DNA of 64,000 nucleotides from a virus, in the IMG/VR virus record IMGVR_UViG_3300022939_001737, positions 22,001-86,000 of that record, one strand, 5' to 3'. Below are positions 29,501 through 38,736 of this stretch, in pieces. How positions within the stretch are numbered: position 1 is the stretch's first letter; every line of letters starts with the position of its first letter. Made by a program: the position numbers and the translations under genes. The notes below the pieces were generated by a model. It had not been told where the DNA came from. It saw only the letters and a list, made by a program, of their open reading frames with translations, and searched no databases.

Positions 29501-32500
29501 GTATAGTTCCATACAATCCGTTATCTCTAACTAAACTAAATTCTGCATTAGTACCAACATTAGGATCATTTGCCCCAAAAACATCAATGTATATACCAAT
29601 AGGTTCGTAGCCTGTTCCGCTTGATGATACAGTAACAATTTCACCTTCGAGTAAGCTATTAACCCCTGTCACTGTAATTGTAACATCATTAGCAGGACTT
29701 TCTGCCCCGAATAATGTACCAGGTATAGTTAATTCTTGCCCTATATAGTAATTTTCGCCTCCGTTTACAAGATCAACTACATATACAGCATCATTCTGAC
29801 TTACATTAAATTCAGCGTCGGTTGGCGTTACATTACTTCCCGGTTGTCCTTGAGACGTTGCACCATTACTCGTAACACCACTCACTGTTGTTGCAGTGAT
29901 TTCTCCATTAGCACCTACATTATCAATTACAATAGTTACATCATTAGTCGGCGTTGCTCCGCCTACATCTGTACCTAGTACTGTAAAACTTTCTGTAGCA
30001 AGATAGTTTACACCTGTGTTATTGAATGTCACTTCATAGTTTGTGCCATTTACTCTTACATTAAAATCGGCGTTAGTACCCGAAACACTTGTTGTGCTGT
30101 ATGATACGCCATTATATGTCGTGTCTACATTAGGTGCAGTTCCAGCAAAACTTACGCTTGTAATTGCTCCGTTAGGGTCAACTGCATCAACACCTATTTT
30201 TAAAAACTGCAATGGATTAGCAGTTGCGGAAAATATGAATCCTTCAATCCTAATAACATCGCCTACTGCATATCCTGTACCTGCTTGACCAGATGATACT
30301 GTAACATTTGTAAAAACATTATTTAAAAACGTTACATCAAATGCAGCATCAGTTCCTGTGCCGCCTGTAAAAGTAGCTGATTGTGCAGGCAAGTATATGT
30401 CGTTGTTAAAGTGGGTTCCGCTTATTTCAACGCCGGTTGGCGCGATACTGTCAGCACTATCTAAAACTTCTATTACAGTAATTGTAGCATCGTTTTCTGG
30501 ACTTGTACCGCCTAAACTAGTTCCAGGAATAATAATTCTATCACCTACTTTATATCCTTCTCCGCCGTCGTTAGCTACAGCATCTACAACATATGTAAAG
30601 GAAGAATCTACAGCAAAACTAATATCAAATTTTGCATTCTCACCGTCTGAAGTATCATTTACACCTGTAACTCCTGTATAAGTAGTTCTGTTACCTATTA
30701 CTGGTTCAGTAAAGTTGCCACTAAATGTGATATCGTTGTTTGATATACTATCCACATAAATTGCGTAACCGTCACCTCTGTCTACCGCTAAATTCTCAAC
30801 TACTCCGGCTATATTACTTACTGTAACAGTATTATTTCCTGCCTGTACATCTCCTACAAGCGTTGGTGTTAAATATACTCCGCCGCCTTGTGATTGGTCA
30901 ATAATACCAGTAACCTGTGAACCTAAAGGAATTTGTCCGCCCACTGTTTCTAAGGGAGAACCAATTTCAGGTGCATCGTCGTCATAAGGAATAATTGTGC
31001 TCCCTGATAAAACAGCAAGTTCTGTAGTCATTGTACCTGAACTACCTTGACTTGCTACTGTCCAAGATGAGCCACCTATGTCAGCACCTGTATAAAATCC
31101 TGCTTCTCTTAGCTGAGTATATGTAGTAGACAGAATAGTACCTTGAACTGTACCAACCTTAGATTTTGCATAATATGTAAATTCATTATTGGATGGTACT
31201 GTAACAATAACAAACGAACCTTCTGCTCTTGCAGCACCATTTACACTATCTTCAAGTGCTTTTATAGTAATTGGTGTACCTGGTATAAACCCGTGCGGTG
31301 CAACAGTTTTGACTGTTATTAATGATTGACCTACACCTTGTGTTCCCGCTGATGCATCAGTAGTAACTTCTAAAACAGCAGTATCTGTTCCTGGTACTTC
31401 ATACACTGAAGGATAACCTCTTAGTGTACCAATTGCTGCCCATTTAGTAGGCTGTAAGCCGTACTCAAAGTCAGCGTCAAGCATAGATAGAGGTTGTGCA
31501 ATTCTATTACGTTCGATAGCATCAGTGCCAAAATCATAAGGTCGGGTTGTAACAACACTTCGTCCGTTTTCAATTTTTTCAACAAATACCTGTATTTCGT
31601 CGTCTACACTGTGTGAACTTGTATCATAGTTCAATTCAATAAGTGTAACTGCATCTGTGGTTTGTAGATAAAAAGGAAAGTCATCATCAGCTGAATTATT
31701 ATCCGTAATTCTAACTTTAGCACCTGTTTGTACATTAGTAAAGTTATACATAACTTCACTTCTTGTAGAGTTAGTAATTAAAAGTAGTTCATCTGCATTA
31801 TAACGACCTTGAATCTTTACATATCCTAATCCAATTGGTGCTAATACAGGTAAAGCACTTAATCCGTTTTCTATAACATCAACAGTATTAAATGCAAGTG
31901 TATTAATTTTAGCCGGAGCACCTGCTGTTATTGCACCAGCAGTAGCACTTACAAATGTGTGCAAGCTTGTATCTGAACTTACTCCAACATTTACTGTAAT
32001 AGTATTTGATGTTGTAGAGGTAATCTTAACTGGAGAATAGTAATATTTGTCTTTACCGTAGTCGTTAGGAACACCTGATGCTCTAGGATATGGATGAGTT
32101 GTTGCATTACCGTCTAATGCACAAGTAAATGTTATTCCAGCAGGTGCAATGTGTATTTCGTCGCCAACACTTAATGAGTGGCTTCCAATTGTTACTTCCA
32201 TAAATCCTGTTGAAGGATTATAGTTAGCACCTAAAGGTGTATAACTTAAATCTTGAACAGTTTTGGTTGTATCTATGGTTTGTGATACTTCTGTATTTAA
32301 TTTTGTATATACTGTATTTGTAAAAATATAATCGGTAATTAGAGTCCCAATAAATTCGTGTACATCTGTTTCGGGAGTCCTATCGCCATCAATTTGAGCA
32401 ACACCTTGATCCCAATAATATTTGATTGTATTTTTTAAAGTTTCATTGCCGCCATATCTTAAATCTTCTAAGTATGCATCAATTACATAACCAACATCTC

Positions 32501-32699
32501 TTTCGCATTTTTCTGCATTGTAAGTATATCCTACATAACCAACTTGTCCTTGATTAACTTTGTTTTGAATAAATGCATTTGCTTCTTTTTGTATAAAAGT
32601 TTTGTTAGAACTTAATAGTGAGTATGCATCAGGAAATAAATTATCTAATCTTCCTAATCCTGGTTTGAATACATAATTTTTTATTTGTGTCTTCGCCAT
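26550..32699 (-). CDS. Very large virion structural/fibre protein (2049 aa)
   Basis: N-terminal KCERD helical domain, DADFEYGLQ.TKW, five GxGY..GD.I.I.G..GG..P.ND.TI.V repeats, and C-terminal YQ.GKG / WYGAG domains. Confidence 0.75.
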   Translation of the reverse strand: MAKTQIKNYVFKPGLGRLDNLFPDAYSLLSSNKTFIQKEANAFIQNKVNQGQVGYVGYTYNAEKCERDVGYVIDAYLEDLRYGGNETLKNTIKYYWDQGVAQIDGDRTPETDVHEFIGTLITDYIFTNTVYTKLNTEVSQTIDTTKTVQDLSYTPLGANYNPSTGFMEVTIGSHSLSVGDEIHIAPAGITFTCALDGNATTHPYPRASGVPNDYGKDKYYYSPVKITSTTSNTITVNVGVSSDTSLHTFVSATAGAITAGAPAKINTLAFNTVDVIENGLSALPVLAPIGLGYVKIQGRYNADELLLITNSTRSEVMYNFTNVQTGAKVRITDNNSADDDFPFYLQTTDAVTLIELNYDTSSHSVDDEIQVFVEKIENGRSVVTTRPYDFGTDAIERNRIAQPLSMLDADFEYGLQPTKWAAIGTLRGYPSVYEVPGTDTAVLEVTTDASAGTQGVGQSLITVKTVAPHGFIPGTPITIKALEDSVNGAARAEGSFVIVTVPSNNEFTYYAKSKVGTVQGTILSTTYTQLREAGFYTGADIGGSSWTVASQGSSGTMTTELAVLSGSTIIPYDDDAPEIGSPLETVGGQIPLGSQVTGIIDQSQGGGVYLTPTLVGDVQAGNNTVTVSNIAGVVENLAVDRGDGYAIYVDSISNNDITFSGNFTEPVIGNRTTYTGVTGVNDTSDGENAKFDISFAVDSSFTYVVDAVANDGGEGYKVGDRIIIPGTSLGGTSPENDATITVIEVLDSADSIAPTGVEISGTHFNNDIYLPAQSATFTGGTGTDAAFDVTFLNNVFTNVTVSSGQAGTGYAVGDVIRIEGFIFSATANPLQFLKIGVDAVDPNGAITSVSFAGTAPNVDTTYNGVSYSTTSVSGTNADFNVRVNGTNYEVTFNNTGVNYLATESFTVLGTDVGGATPTNDVTIVIDNVGANGEITATTVSGVTSNGATSQGQPGSNVTPTDAEFNVSQNDAVYVVDLVNGGENYYIGQELTIPGTLFGAESPANDVTITVTGVNSLLEGEIVTVSSSGTGYEPIGIYIDVFGANDPNVGTNAEFSLVRDNGLYGTILTTNTGQDYKIGDRIIISGNTLGGISPLNDLTIRVSGVDGTGGVTGFTPDFIEASRGTNFDLISTVQMSEATTADMPRLTDIDFGSLATLEIEFTSAHGLVPGGTFIVSVGSDDGNNNHDLAAGSFFVTDVPTVNSLRYQARAEGFIDTGTNNADPILGIVYPRPDSFFIHRPYDGGVQLGTGGPQHGAQAIRQSKKYIRYQSGKGIMYTTGALFAPSYDLRSLTADGVEVGSLITVVTDDNDHGVQSGGIVRLLGVETPGYNSGPETAVPPTFDYEVVDVLDERTFTIRAQRRLGATEAVLGFGSQMSVVSWHGATVRSGIFDDQNGIFWEFDGTQISVVQRTGTRQLAGTVAIGVDSNLITGTNTRFVDQLKAGDRIIIKGMTHVVTHVNDQTECTVTPDFRGVVDITGAKINLVVDKKVKQSEFNLDRLDGTGPSGYDIDIAKMQMIGIQYSWYGAGFIDFMLRGSDGNFVFCHRMRNSNVNTEAFMRSGNLPVRYEVTNEGPSGKLAAALNDTDTVMTLEDTSFFPEYGTVYIDNEIIDFTGKNDTLNQLTGLIRGATFENFQAGANRQYTAGLAANHDARTGVVLISQTITPLISHWGSAFLTDGGFDEDRGYIFSYTETALEMSTSKQTAFLIRLSPSVSNALVGDLGERELLNRAQLLLQELEVTSEGQSSGTPIEGGIVVEGVLNPKNYPTNPADILWQTLSTEAQGGQPSFAQIAAGASVNWSTGASAVVTTVTAQSAITTGILASQTNTDDNFRLQGASYSTNGPILIGSVTGGTNGDGGTIPAATVERVRQRNNGNWEIDTNNDVNYFYSGDTVTFTFGGNLTNRNFAYITKASFDASGATQGTSVTGGSVTFPANTFISNISLLNHGGTEFYRITFNNSFTGTLNAGSGTIQFTQLEPPYAQPGETIFSFIAQPGERATVDFSELKELTNTPLGGRGTYPNGPDVLALNVYKVSGADTTGNLILKWGEAQA
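29390..30620 (-). repeat. Five ~90-aa beta-rich protein repeats inside the 2049-aa protein (approximate limits)
   Basis: GGEGYKVGDRII, AGTGYAVGDVI, TGVNYLATESF, GGENYYIGQEL and TGQDYKIGDRII units, most followed by P.ND.TI.V. Confidence 0.65.
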
Positions 32700-32702
32700 T
32701 AC

Positions 32703-33596
32703 TTATAATCCAAATGCTATAGATAGTGCTAGTGCTGTACTATCAGTGTATTGTTTGTTTGTTATATCTTCGTCCGCTGTCGGTGTCGCAGTAACCTTTG
32801 CTGTGCTAAATGATGCAGCAGCCGGTGTAATTGCTCCAATTGTACTGTTATTTATTGTACTATCAATTATTGTTCCTGACAAGCCGGTTGAACCTATTTT
32901 TGATATTTCTTGTCCTTCTATTCGCAAAGATATTTCGTTTACTGCCTCTAACTCTAAGTTATTAGAGGATGCTAAACTTGTAATTCCTGTGCCGCCTACA
33001 TTCAGTGATCCGCCGATATATAAATCTTTTTCAATTCCTAATCCGCCAGCTAACGTTACTGAGCCAGTAGTAGGAGAGGTCGAATTTAAAACATCAGTTA
33101 CACTTATTGTTCCAAATCTTCCTATTGGATCAACAACATTTATGACACCAAAATTAGTACGATTTGTATCTGTATAATACAGCGTATCTGGAGCATTCAA
33201 CGGTATACTAAATCTTAAAGTACCGTCGTTCTTTCCCTGAGCGTCAGATCCTGTTGATCCGTCACTGTGAGAGATGCCTGTGTTGTATAAACCAGAATCT
33301 ATTTGGTTTCCTGAAACTATAAAAAAGTTTAGTACAGGAACATCAAGAGCAAAAGTATATACTGATTGCCTAGCAACACTTATAGAAGGATTTGTGCCCG
33401 TAGCTTCTGCTATAGAAAATGAGTTAGTTTGTGTATCTACTGTTACGGTGAAATCAACAATAGTTACATCGTCATCGTCGCCTGGAGTAGTTGCTGTGAT
33501 AATACTATTTGCAATAATATTACCTTCTTCATCTACAGTGAATCCTGGCCCTTTGAAACCATATTTTGATTCAAACGGTGAATTAATTACAGCCAT
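32703..33596 (-). CDS. Virion fibre-associated protein
   Basis: PF.S.YGF start, APDTLYY...G.INV small domain, TG.V...GGLGI.KDLYIGG fibre motif, and NK.Y.D..A.AL.IAFG end. Confidence 0.6.
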   Translation of the reverse strand: MAVINSPFESKYGFKGPGFTVDEEGNIIANSIITATTPGDDDDVTIVDFTVTVDTQTNSFSIAEATGTNPSISVARQSVYTFALDVPVLNFFIVSGNQIDSGLYNTGISHSDGSTGSDAQGKNDGTLRFSIPLNAPDTLYYTDTNRTNFGVINVVDPIGRFGTISVTDVLNSTSPTTGSVTLAGGLGIEKDLYIGGSLNVGGTGITSLASSNNLELEAVNEISLRIEGQEISKIGSTGLSGTIIDSTINNSTIGAITPAAASFSTAKVTATPTADEDITNKQYTDSTALALSIAFGL

Positions 33597-33620
33597 TATT
33601 ACTCTCCTATATGTTATTTA

Positions 33621-34040
33621 TCAGACAATAGGAGGAGTAAGTGTGTGAAAATATTGTCCTGTGAATATAGCTTTGGCGCCAGTAAAGTTTGTTCCAAGCT
33701 CTGTATCTATAACCGGAGTAAGATTTACATCAACATAACTGTCATTAACTGTTACTTCGACTTCTACAATGTCATTAAGAGTATTATTTCTTGCAAATAC
33801 TACAACACTTGCTCTATCAATACTAGCAGTAACTAATGCTTTAAGTATTTCTTTGTTGTCTCTATCAAAGTCTACACTTATAGTATATTCAACTGTTGCA
33901 AAATCGCCAACGTGCCATCGATCTATGCGTGTAGAACCATAGATTTGTTTCCAGGGACCTTTATGACTTAATCCTGCGTTATTTCTAAATAATACTGTGT
34001 TTTTCATTCCTTTTGCTAGGAATTTTTTTAGATCTTGCAT
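33621..34040 (-). CDS. Hypothetical beta-sandwich virion protein
   Basis: 139-aa ORF with its own late promoter motif (34065-34071). Confidence 0.55.
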   Translation of the reverse strand: MQDLKKFLAKGMKNTVLFRNNAGLSHKGPWKQIYGSTRIDRWHVGDFATVEYTISVDFDRDNKEILKALVTASIDRASVVVFARNNTLNDIVEVEVTVNDSYVDVNLTPVIDTELGTNFTGAKAIFTGQYFHTLTPPIV

Positions 34041-34070
34041 TATGATACCTTGCTATTGACACAGTATTTA

Positions 34071-35864
34071 TCAGTTTTTTACAGTTATTAATTTTCCGTA
34101 TTCGGGCAAGTAAAGATATTCTATTCTACTATTAACTAAAGTACGTACAGCATCATCTAGAGTTTCCACTAAAGGTTCGCCGCCTAAATTGAAACTAGTA
34201 TTGAAAATAATTGGACAACCTGTGCGTTCTTTAAATGCTTTAATTATATTGTAATAGTTTTCATTCTGTTCTTTATTCACTGTTTGTATGCGACAAGTTC
34301 CGTCTACGTGAATAATAGCAGGTATTTTTTCTTCAACACCGGGTTGACAATTTACAGCATACATCATTGTAGGCGACGACTTCATACCGCGTAGATCAAA
34401 CCATTCGTGTGCATCTTCTTCTAGAATTGATCCTGCAAACGGACGAAAGTACTCTCGACGTTTGACTTCGTTTACAAAATCCTTACCATTAGGATCTGTT
34501 GGATCATACATAATACTTCTGTTACCTAAAGCTCTTGGACCATTTTCACTTTTACCTTGAAACAGTGTAACGATATTTCTATCAACCATTAAGTTAATTA
34601 TATCGTCTTGTGAGGCATCAACTATACCGGCATTATACTTTTTCACAACACTTTCGATTTCAGAATCGGTATAGCAGTATGCCGGACCGTAGTAAACTGT
34701 TTCTGCTTGTGGTTTAACTGTAGTATCACCGGTAGTATTGTGATGCCAAAGTAAAGCTGCACCCATTGCTGTGCCTGCATCATTAGAAACAGGCTCTACA
34801 TAAATTTCAATTCCTTCGTCTTTTAATTCGTTAAGGTAATAATAATTTGCTACACAATTTAATCCATAGCCGCCACTTATAACAACTTTTTTACAATCAC
34901 TTAGTTCAACAGCGTGTCTAATTAAATCTGCTACTGCTTTTTGTGATTCTGTTTGTACAGCATACGCCATATCTCTTCTATTATCTAAAGTGGTTATGTC
35001 ATCTGCTTCATAGTTTTGTAAGTACTTGTACATATTTGCATTTACAACAGCACCGTTAGGATATCTTGGTAGTATTAAATTTCTATTTGTTGTAGGAACT
35101 ATACAATCATTATCTTCTATAATTTCAGGAAATTCGTCATTAGGTTTTCCGTAAGGAAATAGTCCCATAGTTTTACCTGCTTCAATACTGCTCCAACCAC
35201 AATATTCTGTTACTGCTTCATATGCTTTTACAATACCTGCTTTGTCTGATAAGGACAAATTAAATTTTGCGTCTGGTTCCCAATCTCCGCCACTAAAATC
35301 CGGAAGATAAACATTAACCAACATATTTCTTGCACCCATTGTTTTGTGCAGTGTTTCGATATTAGCAGGATATGTGCATTTGTAGATACTTTCAGTTTCA
35401 TATACAGTCATACTTTCGTCTCCTATTGTAAGAGGAAAGAAAGTTCCTGCTCCATCAACAATTACTGCAACTGCTTCTTCAAAACCACTATTATAAAAAG
35501 CAAGTCCAGCGTGTAACTTATGATGGAACATTGCCATATCAATCACTTGCGGGTGACCGTCATCCGAATGAGGTAAATCTTCGATTAAACCTATTTTTCT
35601 AGCAAGCCCGGTGTAAATATCTTCACCGGTATAATCAAGTTGTCCCGCACCATTAAGTGGTGTAGTATGTGCAACAACCAAATAATCAATTTTATCTGTA
35701 TACTCTTTAATTGCAAGAATAGATGCTAGAGGTCCACCGTCGTACTTTTTTCTTGTAAGTCTTTCTTCTTCTATACTAAAAACTATCTCGCCATCTTTTA
35801 GAAGACAAACTCCTGCGTTATGTCCTCTTGCAATGCCTGCTATCCAAACTGGACTATTTTCCAT
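34071..35864 (-). CDS. O-carbamoyltransferase (NodU/CmcH/TobZ family)
   Basis: HNAG, EEERL.R.K, HH..HA, DG.G, GK.MGL..YG, GG..LN..AN, E.GPRALGNRS, RE.FRPFA, HVDGT.R.QTV and NTSFN..GEP. Confidence 0.93.
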   Translation of the reverse strand: MENSPVWIAGIARGHNAGVCLLKDGEIVFSIEEERLTRKKYDGGPLASILAIKEYTDKIDYLVVAHTTPLNGAGQLDYTGEDIYTGLARKIGLIEDLPHSDDGHPQVIDMAMFHHKLHAGLAFYNSGFEEAVAVIVDGAGTFFPLTIGDESMTVYETESIYKCTYPANIETLHKTMGARNMLVNVYLPDFSGGDWEPDAKFNLSLSDKAGIVKAYEAVTEYCGWSSIEAGKTMGLFPYGKPNDEFPEIIEDNDCIVPTTNRNLILPRYPNGAVVNANMYKYLQNYEADDITTLDNRRDMAYAVQTESQKAVADLIRHAVELSDCKKVVISGGYGLNCVANYYYLNELKDEGIEIYVEPVSNDAGTAMGAALLWHHNTTGDTTVKPQAETVYYGPAYCYTDSEIESVVKKYNAGIVDASQDDIINLMVDRNIVTLFQGKSENGPRALGNRSIMYDPTDPNGKDFVNEVKRREYFRPFAGSILEEDAHEWFDLRGMKSSPTMMYAVNCQPGVEEKIPAIIHVDGTCRIQTVNKEQNENYYNIIKAFKERTGCPIIFNTSFNLGGEPLVETLDDAVRTLVNSRIEYLYLPEYGKLITVKN

Positions 35865-35866
35865 AT

Positions 35867-36715
35867 TTAATAACCTCTATATGTTTTATCAAAATTGCTT
35901 AATTCTCTATACAACACATCACCATACATTTGTAAATCGTCTATGTTTTGTTTTAATGCATCGCACGTATTAACACAATCTTTTTGTTCTAACGTTAATT
36001 TAGAATTATCTATATTCAAACTTGGTTTTAATACATTATATAACCAATCTATACCTAGAGCAGGTGACGGATGTGGATCTATAAAATCTTTCCATTCATA
36101 TAACAGATCTTGACTTTTCCAACAATATAACCCTATTGGGTCTACCCAATTTTTATTGTCTAATATTTTTTTGTATGGTAAAAAATCTAAATCTTGCCAT
36201 AAATTTATATTACTATTTTGTGCCTCACCATAACTGGAGGGAATATTATAGTCTGAACCTAGTTTTGCAAAGTCCCCTATCGTTGTCATTTTCCAATTAC
36301 AATCTGTAGTTTCTAATAGTTTTATTGTACTATAGATTGCATTCAATGTCAACATTACATAAGATTTTTCATCAAAAAAATTATCAATCCATTTTTTATC
36401 ATAAAGATCTTTATTCGTATATGAAAATAGGCCGCCTTTCGTTTTCCAATTATATTCAGTATCTCTGCCTTTTGGGGGTTGTCTAAACATATGATAATCA
36501 TTACGTAAATGGCTAGTCCATTGAACTACAACAATATCATCTTTTGTAAAATTATTTTTTAAATTACATTCTGCAACTCTATTGGATATTGCAACATTTC
36601 CTATACCGGGTACACCCCAATTTTCAAATTGATCAAATTCTAATCCAAATAAATCTGCATAAGAAGGCCAGGCATAGTTAGTAAAACTACAGCCAAATGT
36701 GAAAAGTCTTTCCAT
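35867..36715 (-). CDS. SGNH/GDSL-like hypothetical protein
   Basis: FGCSFT..WP, N.G..G.GN..I, V.QWT...R and D.HP (DxH). AT-rich. Confidence 0.55.
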   Translation of the reverse strand: MERLFTFGCSFTNYAWPSYADLFGLEFDQFENWGVPGIGNVAISNRVAECNLKNNFTKDDIVVVQWTSHLRNDYHMFRQPPKGRDTEYNWKTKGGLFSYTNKDLYDKKWIDNFFDEKSYVMLTLNAIYSTIKLLETTDCNWKMTTIGDFAKLGSDYNIPSSYGEAQNSNINLWQDLDFLPYKKILDNKNWVDPIGLYCWKSQDLLYEWKDFIDPHPSPALGIDWLYNVLKPSLNIDNSKLTLEQKDCVNTCDALKQNIDDLQMYGDVLYRELSNFDKTYRGY

Positions 36716-37647
36716 TATTTTAAAGCAGTCTTTACCTCTTTCACAATTACATCTTCTATCTTTTCATTCATTGCCATTACGCCTTCGTTCTGTCTATCAA
36801 CATATTCATCTACTGTAATTCTTATAGGAGAGTATATTCTTACACCTTCTCCCATATCTAGTATTTTAAATTTTTCCTCATTCGGATAAGAAACATTTTG
36901 TTCAAATGTACTTCCTAATATTACAGTAGCATTTTTTTCAAATGAGTATGCAATATGCTGACCTACACTATCACAACCTAAAAAATGATCTGCTTGAGCA
37001 ATAATTGCACTCCATTCTCTTAGTCCAATACCTTGGGGTATAGCAATAGGTTCTGTAATTCCGTGTTTTTGAAATTCAAATGCAATTTCGCCCATATATA
37101 CAACAGCAAAATCTTTTGTAAGTTTTTTTACTAGACTTAATACATTTTCTGGTTCGAAACTTCTGCCACTAAAATCAGTGATCATACCATTTTCGTTAAA
37201 CACTCCGCGGCCAAAAGGTTGAAATACAATTACTTTATCTTTTTTTGTTTTTTCTTTAACGTCTTTTATAACTTGAGCTCCAGCAATTTTTTCTTGTTTG
37301 CTTAAAACTATTTTTGGTCTAGGTAAGTCTCTTATACCTTTATCATTGATAGCAATATCATATGCTTCTGCTAAACTTGCTTTTTGATTATAGTATTCCC
37401 AAACACGGTATGGCTCAGGACTAACTAGATCCATATCTTTCAATTTGTCTTCAAACAAATTTTTATGCCAAACATCATATGCCTTTGCGTGTAACAAAGG
37501 ATGTCCTTTATAAAAGTCAGTGCCGCCCTCGCATACAATAATAAAATTGTTATCTGGGTTTTCTTCAGCAAATTTTTCTAAAGCAGGTATTGAACAAACT
37601 ACTCTCCCTGCACCACCGTTTATAAAAAAGGCTTTATCTCTTGACAT
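36715..37647 (-). CDS. Glycosyltransferase family 9 (heptosyltransferase)-like
   Basis: GG.GR.VCS.PAL N-terminus, IVFQPFG, and W.AII..AD.FLGCDS..QH.A (GT9 GxDSxxxHxA motif). Confidence 0.7.
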   Translation of the reverse strand: MSRDKAFFINGGAGRVVCSIPALEKFAEENPDNNFIIVCEGGTDFYKGHPLLHAKAYDVWHKNLFEDKLKDMDLVSPEPYRVWEYYNQKASLAEAYDIAINDKGIRDLPRPKIVLSKQEKIAGAQVIKDVKEKTKKDKVIVFQPFGRGVFNENGMITDFSGRSFEPENVLSLVKKLTKDFAVVYMGEIAFEFQKHGITEPIAIPQGIGLREWSAIIAQADHFLGCDSVGQHIAYSFEKNATVILGSTFEQNVSYPNEEKFKILDMGEGVRIYSPIRITVDEYVDRQNEGVMAMNEKIEDVIVKEVKTALK

Positions 37648-37680
37648 ATTTTAAAATCCTATCTAAGTAATGTACGCACT

Positions 37681-37688
37681 TATTTATA
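37681..37688 (-). promoter_or_regulatory. T4-type late promoter for the GT9-SGNH-carbamoyltransferase operon
   Basis: TATAAATA on the minus strand, just downstream of a terminator-like hairpin. Confidence 0.7.
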
Positions 37689-37716
37689 GGTGATTTTTAT
37701 TTGGTGTAGTCAAAGT

Positions 37717-37739
37717 GAAAGGCGCTCAAGGCGCCTTTC
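37717..37739. terminator. Hairpin ending the fibre-tip operon
   Basis: GAAAGGCGC-TCAAG-GCGCCTTTC. Confidence 0.6.
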
Positions 37740-37760
37740 TATTTAAGTATAAATTAGTAA

Positions 37761-38723
37761 TTATATATCTAAATTGTCTATAGCGTTATTTCTAAAATCA
37801 GGTTCCCCTGCGCCTTCTGCTGGATTTCTCAGTACATTAATCTTCCAGGGTTGAACAAGCTTTAATTTAGACATATTCAATTGTGCACCTGTTCCTGTGG
37901 AACTAGTTGTATAAAACACATTGTTGTACGTGCCTGCATCTGTATGATATGTGTGAGCATAAGACGGTGTTGATTTTTTCATCGCGGTAATTGTCCCACT
38001 TTCGTCTACTTCTGTCACAGTCATAAGTATGTCTGGTGCAGACGTACCATTTTTGAATACAGGATCACTAATAAGCAATCTATCATCTACACTGTAGCCT
38101 GAGCCACCATTGCCAATACTAATTGTCCATCCACATCCGTATAGTTCTGGAAACTGTCTTAGATATCTTTTGTACTTTGCTTGTTTTTCATATACTGCTG
38201 TTGGCATATCTTCAGACGTGTTTTTATCTGAAATTTCTAACAAATGATTTCTACGTTCTAACAATGCGTCCCACGTATCTATAGGTGCCTTCCAAGCAAA
38301 TGGTTTAACCCATTCTTGTGCGCCAGGATTGTATGTTATTTCATTTTTTTCGTATACGTGGTCAGGTAACATAGGATTGTTACGACGATAAGGTAAAGGA
38401 CTGTTTGGAATAATTTCTTCTATTTCTTCTACTGATTCAACATCTATTCCGCCCATATCATTAATAATAGCACAAAGTAGTGTATCTTCGTTACAGTCAA
38501 CTTCAACAGCATACTCATCACTAGTTCCGTCATTAAACTGTCCGTTATTCCAAACTTCTTCTGTAATGCAAGACCCAGTAACTTTATTTGTTTCTTTGTA
38601 TACCATTACATATTTTTTTGCAGGACCATTGTATGTCAATGTTCCTGTATTGTTTTGTTCGTTAGTTTGAGAATACTGATCGTCTGTAACCGGATAAGTA
38701 AATTCTTTTGAAATATTTTCCAT
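37761..38723 (-). CDS. Tail-fibre assembly chaperone-like protein with an inserted fibre repeat
   Basis: W..L...RN.LL..SD....DMP......Y...LR..P motif; paralog of 40280..40930. Confidence 0.6.
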   Translation of the reverse strand: MENISKEFTYPVTDDQYSQTNEQNNTGTLTYNGPAKKYVMVYKETNKVTGSCITEEVWNNGQFNDGTSDEYAVEVDCNEDTLLCAIINDMGGIDVESVEEIEEIIPNSPLPYRRNNPMLPDHVYEKNEITYNPGAQEWVKPFAWKAPIDTWDALLERRNHLLEISDKNTSEDMPTAVYEKQAKYKRYLRQFPELYGCGWTISIGNGGSGYSVDDRLLISDPVFKNGTSAPDILMTVTEVDESGTITAMKKSTPSYAHTYHTDAGTYNNVFYTTSSTGTGAQLNMSKLKLVQPWKINVLRNPAEGAGEPDFRNNAIDNLDI

Positions 38724-38736
38724 ATTAAAATCCTAT

